This document shows, one piece after another, positions 41,222-47,878 of a stretch of DNA of 47,878 nucleotides. Below the pieces are notes generated by a model. That model saw only the letters and a program-made list of their open reading frames with translations, ran no database searches and was not told the origin of the DNA. Source of the stretch: Deltaproteobacteria bacterium. GTDB taxonomy: Bacteria; Desulfobacterota; Syntrophia; Syntrophales; UBA2185. Every line of letters begins with the position of its first letter. Within the stretch, counting starts at the first letter, position 1. The stretch is from NCBI GenBank assembly GCA_037143735.1, contig JBAWYD010000003.1, positions 1-47,878 on the forward strand. The letters are read 5' to 3'. The position numbers were made by a program, and so were the translations under genes.

Positions 41222-42799
41222 TCAGTTAATGTCTCGTAATATCTCTCTTTTGATGCCCATGGGCGTTTCATGCTGGAAAATTCGTGCATCCATCACTTTA
41301 AGGTTAGGAGCAACGAGAGGCTTGTATTCCATTTGAGCGAATATATCTTTTTCAATATCTACGCCGGGAGCAACCTCCGTCAGCATGACTCCTTCAGGTG
41401 TCAGTTCAAAAACGGCACGTTCCGTCACATAAACGATCTTTTGACCGCTTGTCTGCCCGTACTCACCGCTGAAGGTAATATGCTCCACTTTTTTGACTAA
41501 TTTTTTTATCTTGCCTTCTTTTACTATTTTCAGCTTTCCATCGCCGATCTCTAACTCAAGGCCGCTGGCAGTGAGTGTTCCACAGAACACTACTTTCTTT
41601 GCACTCTGTGAGATGTTAATAAAACCGCCCGCGCCTGCTATCCTCGGACCGAACTTACTTACGTTCACATTCCCGTACTGATCCATTTCCGCCATACCTA
41701 ACACAGCTACATCGAGCCCGCCGCCATCATAAAAATCAAACATAAGGGGATGGTCAATCAACGCTTCCGGATTCACTGCCGTTCCAAAATAGAGCTTGCC
41801 CAGAGGCACGCCGCCAATTGCTCCCGGTTCAACCGTCATTGTCATGAATTCGGTGAGTCCCTCTTCAGCCGAAACCACACCAACACCTTCCGGCATGCCG
41901 ATTCCAAGATTAACGACTGCGTTTGGCACAAGTTCCATAGCGCACCTTCGGCAAACTACTTTTCTTTCGCTCATCGGCAATACAGAAACCTGATTTAGAG
42001 GAACTCTTATTTCACCGCACAGGCTCGGATTGTACTGCTCTGCCATGGGAATCTGCCAGTGGTTCTCAGGCTTTGCAACGACGATCGCGTCCACAATTAT
42101 TTTTGGTATCTTTACCATCATCGGATGAAGCGATCCCGCTTTCGCCACCCTCTCCACCTGCACAATTACTTTACCCCCAGACCCCTTGGCAGCCAACGCC
42201 AGCAAGGCAAATTCCAGGCAAATAGCTTCTTTTTCAATGGATATGTTGCCATTTTCGTCTGCAGTGGTTCCGCGAATAATGGCAACATTTATCGGGATGG
42301 CCTTATAAAACAGGTATTCCTTGCCATCTATTTCCATTAAGCGGACATACTCTTCATGGCTGATGCTGTTTAGCTTTCCTCCGGTTTCTCTGGGATCCAC
42401 AAATGTTTTCAGGCCGATATGTGTAATGATCCCCGGCTTCTTGCCGGCAGTGGCTCTCCATACATGGAGAATTACACCCTGGGGGATATTGTATGCCTCT
42501 ATTTTGTTAGCAACAGCCAACTTGATCATATCCGGCTGCAATGCCCAGTGACCTGAAACGACCTTCTTTAACAGCCCTTCTTTTGCCCAGCGATTCAGTC
42601 CCCAGTTTGATTTCCCGTCATTCTGGCTTGCGCCAAATGTAAGCGTTAAATTATTTGGTTCTCCAGTTTCTAAAAAACTCTTTTCAACCGCCTTTGACAT
42701 TTCTTCCGGATGGCCCATCCCAACAAATCCAGAAGTTGCAACCGTGTCTCCATTTTTGATCAACTTAACCGCTTCTTCTGCAGACATGAATTTTGCCAC
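41222..42799 (-). CDS. Family I acyl-CoA:acetate CoA-transferase (Pct/YdiF type)
   Basis: IGLKTFVDPR, RGTTADENGN, VNLGIGMPEG, catalytic Glu in TVEPGAIGG, FDFYDGGGLD, GAGGFINISQ, YVTERAVF. GTG start with GGAGG RBS. Confidence 0.93.
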   Translation of the reverse strand: MAKFMSAEEAVKLIKNGDTVATSGFVGMGHPEEMSKAVEKSFLETGEPNNLTLTFGASQNDGKSNWGLNRWAKEGLLKKVVSGHWALQPDMIKLAVANKIEAYNIPQGVILHVWRATAGKKPGIITHIGLKTFVDPRETGGKLNSISHEEYVRLMEIDGKEYLFYKAIPINVAIIRGTTADENGNISIEKEAICLEFALLALAAKGSGGKVIVQVERVAKAGSLHPMMVKIPKIIVDAIVVAKPENHWQIPMAEQYNPSLCGEIRVPLNQVSVLPMSERKVVCRRCAMELVPNAVVNLGIGMPEGVGVVSAEEGLTEFMTMTVEPGAIGGVPLGKLYFGTAVNPEALIDHPLMFDFYDGGGLDVAVLGMAEMDQYGNVNVSKFGPRIAGAGGFINISQSAKKVVFCGTLTASGLELEIGDGKLKIVKEGKIKKLVKKVEHITFSGEYGQTSGQKIVYVTERAVFELTPEGVMLTEVAPGVDIEKDIFAQMEYKPLVAPNLKVMDARIFQHETPMGIKREILRDIN

Positions 42800-42885
42800 G
42801 CCCCTACCTCCAACTGAATTTTGAAAATATTCGATCCGATTTATTTTTTTGCGTTGTTTCTCTGTGGTGGTTTACATGTTATGGG

Positions 42886-42900
42886 GCAATTTATATGCCA
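42886..42900 (-). promoter_or_regulatory. sigma54 (-24/-12) promoter of the island operon
   Basis: TGGCATATAAATTGC has exact GG-N10-GC spacing and lies ~90 bp upstream of the CoA-transferase start. Confidence 0.85.
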
Positions 42901-43278
42901 GTAGTACCAACACGGTGTAACGCGTGGTTGCCTGCAATATATGAGTGTACTTTAGTTAACGACCTGATAATCAGACATATATGTTTTATTTTTGATTTCG
43001 AGAGTTGGAATATTTTGAAAAGCCCCAGTGAAAGCAAGAGCTTCTGCATCATCAAACTTCCATGATGTCTACTTTTATATGTCGTTTACTATGGATCACT
43101 CAGCTTTAGAAATGGACATATAAATTCATAAAGAGTTGACGATTAAGCTTATAGAAAAAGTTTATCTCTAATAATATGGATCAATGCGGCAGGATCGACA
43201 ACTGTTAGCTTTTGAAATGATTTTAGACAATACAATAATCATAATAATTACTTGTCATAACTGTAACTGAAAACATTG

Positions 43279-43317
43279 CCGATGCATATCGTCATCGGTC
43301 GATGCTCTATTGCATCG
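43279..43317. promoter_or_regulatory. Twin palindromes, candidate upstream activator sequences
   Basis: CGATGC-ATATCG-TCATCG (43280-43297) and CGATGC-TCTATT-GCATCG (43300-43317), 20-bp period. Confidence 0.6.
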
Positions 43318-43374
43318 CTTAATGGAGATCTTCCAGAAATAACAGAGACTGGACGGCAAATATTAATGATTTAT

Positions 43375-43428
43375 CGGAGGCCATCCAGTACAGAAACCTT
43401 GATAGAAAAATGATTTAATGCTAAGAAG
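43375..43428 (+). repeat. Right copy (attR-like) of the 54-bp direct repeat; orphan comM 3' end
   Basis: CGGAGGCCATCCAGTACAGAAACCTTGATAGAAAAATGATTTAATGCTAAGAAG, which encodes EAIQYRNLDRKMI-stop. Confidence 0.9.
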
Positions 43429-43490
43429 TCTCGCAATGACGTGAGACACGGTTTTTCAAAAGTTCAAGTCTGACGCTCTCGTCAAAAGTC

Positions 43491-43568
43491 GTCATTCCCG
43501 CGTAGGCGGGAATCCAGAGAGAATGTAAATGTTCAAAAAGACTGGATTCCCGTTTTCACGGGAATGAC
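43491..43568. repeat. REP/MITE-like palindromic element (two ATTCCC-N8-GGGAAT units in inverted arrangement)
   Basis: GTCATTCCCGCGTAGGCGGGAATCCAG, a ~24 nt spacer, then CTGGATTCCCGTTTTCACGGGAATGAC. Confidence 0.8.
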
Positions 43569-43605
43569 AGAAAATGGTGTTTAATGAATTCAGGGGGATG
43601 AGTTT

Positions 43606-44682
43606 ATGGAGATCAGGATTGAAAAAATCGAACCGGAGAAGATGAAGTCGAAACCTGTTGATGAGTCCAAGCTCGGATTCGGCAAGATATTTACCGATCA
43701 TATGTTTACCGCGAAATATCATGTCGACCGGGGGTGGCACGATGCTGTGATAGAACCCTACCGGGCCTTATCCCTCGATCCCACATCGATGTGTCTTCAT
43801 TATGGGCAGGAAATTTTTGAAGGGATGAAGGCATACAGGGGTAAAAACGACGCAATATTTCTCTTCAGGCCTGATGAAAACATCAAACGCATGAACGTCT
43901 CCGCGGAAAGAATGTGCATGGCGGCAATAGATGCGGGGATGTTTATGGATGCTTTGAAAAGGCTGATTCTTTTGGAGAAAGACTGGATTCCCCGGGGCAC
44001 AGGAACTTCCCTCTATATCCGTCCAACCCTGATTGCAACGGAGAAGGCTCTGGGTGTGCATCCCGCCAATGAGTACCTCTTTTTTATTGTTGTGGGGCCT
44101 GTGGGGGCATATTATCCGGAGGGTTTCAATCCGACAAAGATGTATGTCAGCGAGGAGTATGTCCGATCGGTGCGTGGCGGAACTGGAAATTGTAAAGCGG
44201 CCGGCAATTATGCCGCAAGTCTTTATGCGAGCAGAATAGCCAATGAAATGGGATATACGCAGGTGTTGTGGCTTGATGCCATTGAAATGAAATATGTTGA
44301 AGAGGTGGGTACGAGCAATGTCTTTTTCGTCATTGGTGATGAACTGATCACGCCTCCCCTGGGTGGGACAATCCTTCCCGGTGTCACACGCGATTCGGTC
44401 ATTCAGTTAGCCAGGAGCTGGGACATTCCGGTGAATGAGAGACCCATATCCATAGACGACGTTTTGTCAGCTCAGGCCGACGGCAGTCTGAAAGAAGCTT
44501 TTGCATCGGGGACGGCAGCCATCGTTTCACCCATCGGGCAGTTTTTTTATAAGGGCAAGGCGTCGGTCATCAATGAAGGAAAAGTTGGCGCCCTGACTGA
44601 AAAATTATATAATGAAATTCTGCAGATTCAATATGGTGAAAATGAAGATCCCTTTGGATGGAGAGTTAAGGTCACAGATTAA
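43606..44682 (+). CDS. ilvE: Branched-chain amino acid aminotransferase
   Basis: LHYGQEIFEGMKAY, LYIRP, PLP lysine in CKAAGNY, EEVGTSN, ILPGVTR, GTAA. Confidence 0.96.
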   Translation: MEIRIEKIEPEKMKSKPVDESKLGFGKIFTDHMFTAKYHVDRGWHDAVIEPYRALSLDPTSMCLHYGQEIFEGMKAYRGKNDAIFLFRPDENIKRMNVSAERMCMAAIDAGMFMDALKRLILLEKDWIPRGTGTSLYIRPTLIATEKALGVHPANEYLFFIVVGPVGAYYPEGFNPTKMYVSEEYVRSVRGGTGNCKAAGNYAASLYASRIANEMGYTQVLWLDAIEMKYVEEVGTSNVFFVIGDELITPPLGGTILPGVTRDSVIQLARSWDIPVNERPISIDDVLSAQADGSLKEAFASGTAAIVSPIGQFFYKGKASVINEGKVGALTEKLYNEILQIQYGENEDPFGWRVKVTD

Positions 44683-44746
44683 GAAAAGGTTATCGGAAGG
44701 GGATATTCTCCTTGATACAGGCACTTGGAACTGAAATCCACAGGCA

Positions 44747-44782
44747 TGTTGAAAAGGTTGTTGATAAGGCTGTTGATAACAA
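44747..44782. repeat. Three DnaA-box-like motifs in tandem with 12-bp period
   Basis: TGTTGAAAAggt / TGTTGATAAggc / TGTTGATAAcaa, each one mismatch from the DnaA consensus TGTGNA(T/A)AA. Confidence 0.55.
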
Positions 44783-44959
44783 CTGTAAGTCTTCAAATGA
44801 TTCATATTTATACCTCATTGCATAAGGTTTGTGCAATCGATAAATGTAATAATTACGGCAACATAAGAAAGCGCCCTTAAATTTCTATGACTTATCGGTC
44901 CCTTCCGGCCAGGTTATGAACTTCGGGAAAAAAATGTGCCATTTCGAGTTGTTTTTGTC

Positions 44960-45660
44960 ATGAAAAAACATAAAAAAATCGTATGCGGGATCTATCCGAT
45001 TCCCCTGATAATCACAGCAGGCATCTTGATATGCCTGCTGTTTTTTCCTGTTCCAGCGGCCCGGGCAGAGCTTTTGTCTCTCAGGGAAGTTGTCACAAAA
45101 ATACAGGAGAGGTATGAAAAAACGGGGGATTTGAAGGCGCGGTTTGTTCAGGAAATCACCATTAAAGCCCTGAAGAAATCGGAGAAGGAAGAAGGGGTAA
45201 TTTATATAAAAAATCCGAAGAGAATGCTGTGGCATTATTTAAAACCGAAAGTAAAGAAGCTGATCATCAATCCCGAAAAAGCGTGGCTCTACGTTCCGGA
45301 AGACAGGGTCGCGTACGTCCAGAATGCCGAGGATGTTCTTAAATCGAAATTGACGGTCAAGCTCCTTTCAGGCATAGGAAAACTGGATGATGATTTTAAC
45401 GTTAGCTTTTCCGGGGAAGGCCCCGTTGATGCAAAGGGCAATTATCTTGTCACCCTGATCCCGAAAGAATCGGGCTTGGGTGTCGACAGGCTTTTTCTGA
45501 CCATCGACAAAGACACCTTTTTGATGATACAGTGCCGTTTTTCCGACATGTATGGCAACGTCACCCGCATTCGATTCACGGATATCAAGACCAATACCAG
45601 TCTCTCCGATCGCCTGTTTGCCTTCAGGCCGCCTCAGGGGGTAGAGGTGTACAACCTGCC

Positions 45661-45664
<4 letters not shown>
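44960..45664 (+). CDS. lolA: Outer-membrane lipoprotein carrier protein LolA
   Basis: Signal peptide, ARFVQE, GVIYIKNPKRMLWHY, WLYVPE, FAFRPPQGVEV. Confidence 0.8.
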
Positions 45665-47655
<1,991 letters not shown>

Positions 47656-47811
47656 ACGGGCTTTTTCGTTTACTTTACACGGTGATTATGCCATTATCCC
47701 GTATCAAGATCGACCACGGGAATAAAGTCTCAATCATCTTCTGAAGCTAACCTCTTTAACAATTTTCAATAGACTGATCGGGCTGTTTGTCGAGAGGAGG
47801 GTTGTGGATCC

Positions 47812-47878
47812 ATGAAAATCCTTATGTTTGGATGGGAATTTCCACCCCATATGAGTGGCGGTCTCGGAACGGCCTGTT
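47812..47878 (+). CDS. Glycosyltransferase family 4 protein (5' fragment, runs off the window)
   Basis: AGGAGG RBS, then MKILMFGWEFPPHMSGGLGTAC. Confidence 0.8.
   Translation, partial: MKILMFGWEFPPHMSGGLGTAC

Larger units (their letters stand above)
33059..43428. mobile_element. Metabolic genomic island inserted at the comM 3' end (no integrase or transposase seen)
   Basis: Flanked by the duplicated comM 3' end. The interior is visibly more AT-rich than the flanks and encodes one coherent regulator plus operon. Confidence 0.75.

Noticed and set aside
42793-43065. 90-aa ORF in the island control region as a hidden recombinase or excisionase
   Set aside because: It overlaps the sigma54 promoter and the CoA-transferase start, and has no convincing RBS or recombinase/HTH motif.
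43321-43374. A longer second comM pseudogene upstream of the right repeat
   Set aside because: Similarity to comM stops abruptly at CGGAGGCCAT; upstream codons do not match ADLDEEEAIRSSHV.

Overview
A 47.9 kb stretch of chromosome from a Gram-negative (LolA-encoding), probably anaerobic bacterium. The gene content suggests a Syntrophales/Desulfobacterota-type organism, but that is an impression only. Most of the window is housekeeping or ordinary accessory DNA: a partial D-Ala-D-Ala-ligase-like ATP-grasp gene, hypB/hypA, dedA, a Liv-type ABC transporter operon, tRNA-Ala(GGC) and tRNA-Leu(CAA), a thioesterase, a LemA/nucleotidyltransferase/TPM trio, nadD, proA, a block of hydrolase and signalling genes, glmM, pyrG, an unusually large GlmS-like protein, an acetyltransferase-only GlmU-like protein, a Fis-like protein, moaC, comM/yifB, ilvE, lolA, a glycogen debranching enzyme and a partial GT4 glycosyltransferase. 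The main finding is a ~10.3 kb island with no integrase (33059-43428). It is bounded by a 54-bp imperfect direct repeat of the comM 3' end; both copies encode EAIQYRNLDRKMI-stop and all coding differences are silent. The island carries a self-contained sigma54-controlled operon: CoA-transferase, a 4-hydroxybutyryl-CoA-dehydratase-like enzyme with apparently rewired catalytic residues, an MFS transporter, EtfB, a ferredoxin-fused EtfA and an acyl-CoA dehydrogenase. It also carries its own PAS/AAA+ activator, a -24/-12 promoter and twin palindromic candidate enhancer sites. Joining the two island ends would put the activator and operon back-to-back around the repeat, which suggests a circular intermediate. 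All assignments come from motif reading by eye; no searches were run.
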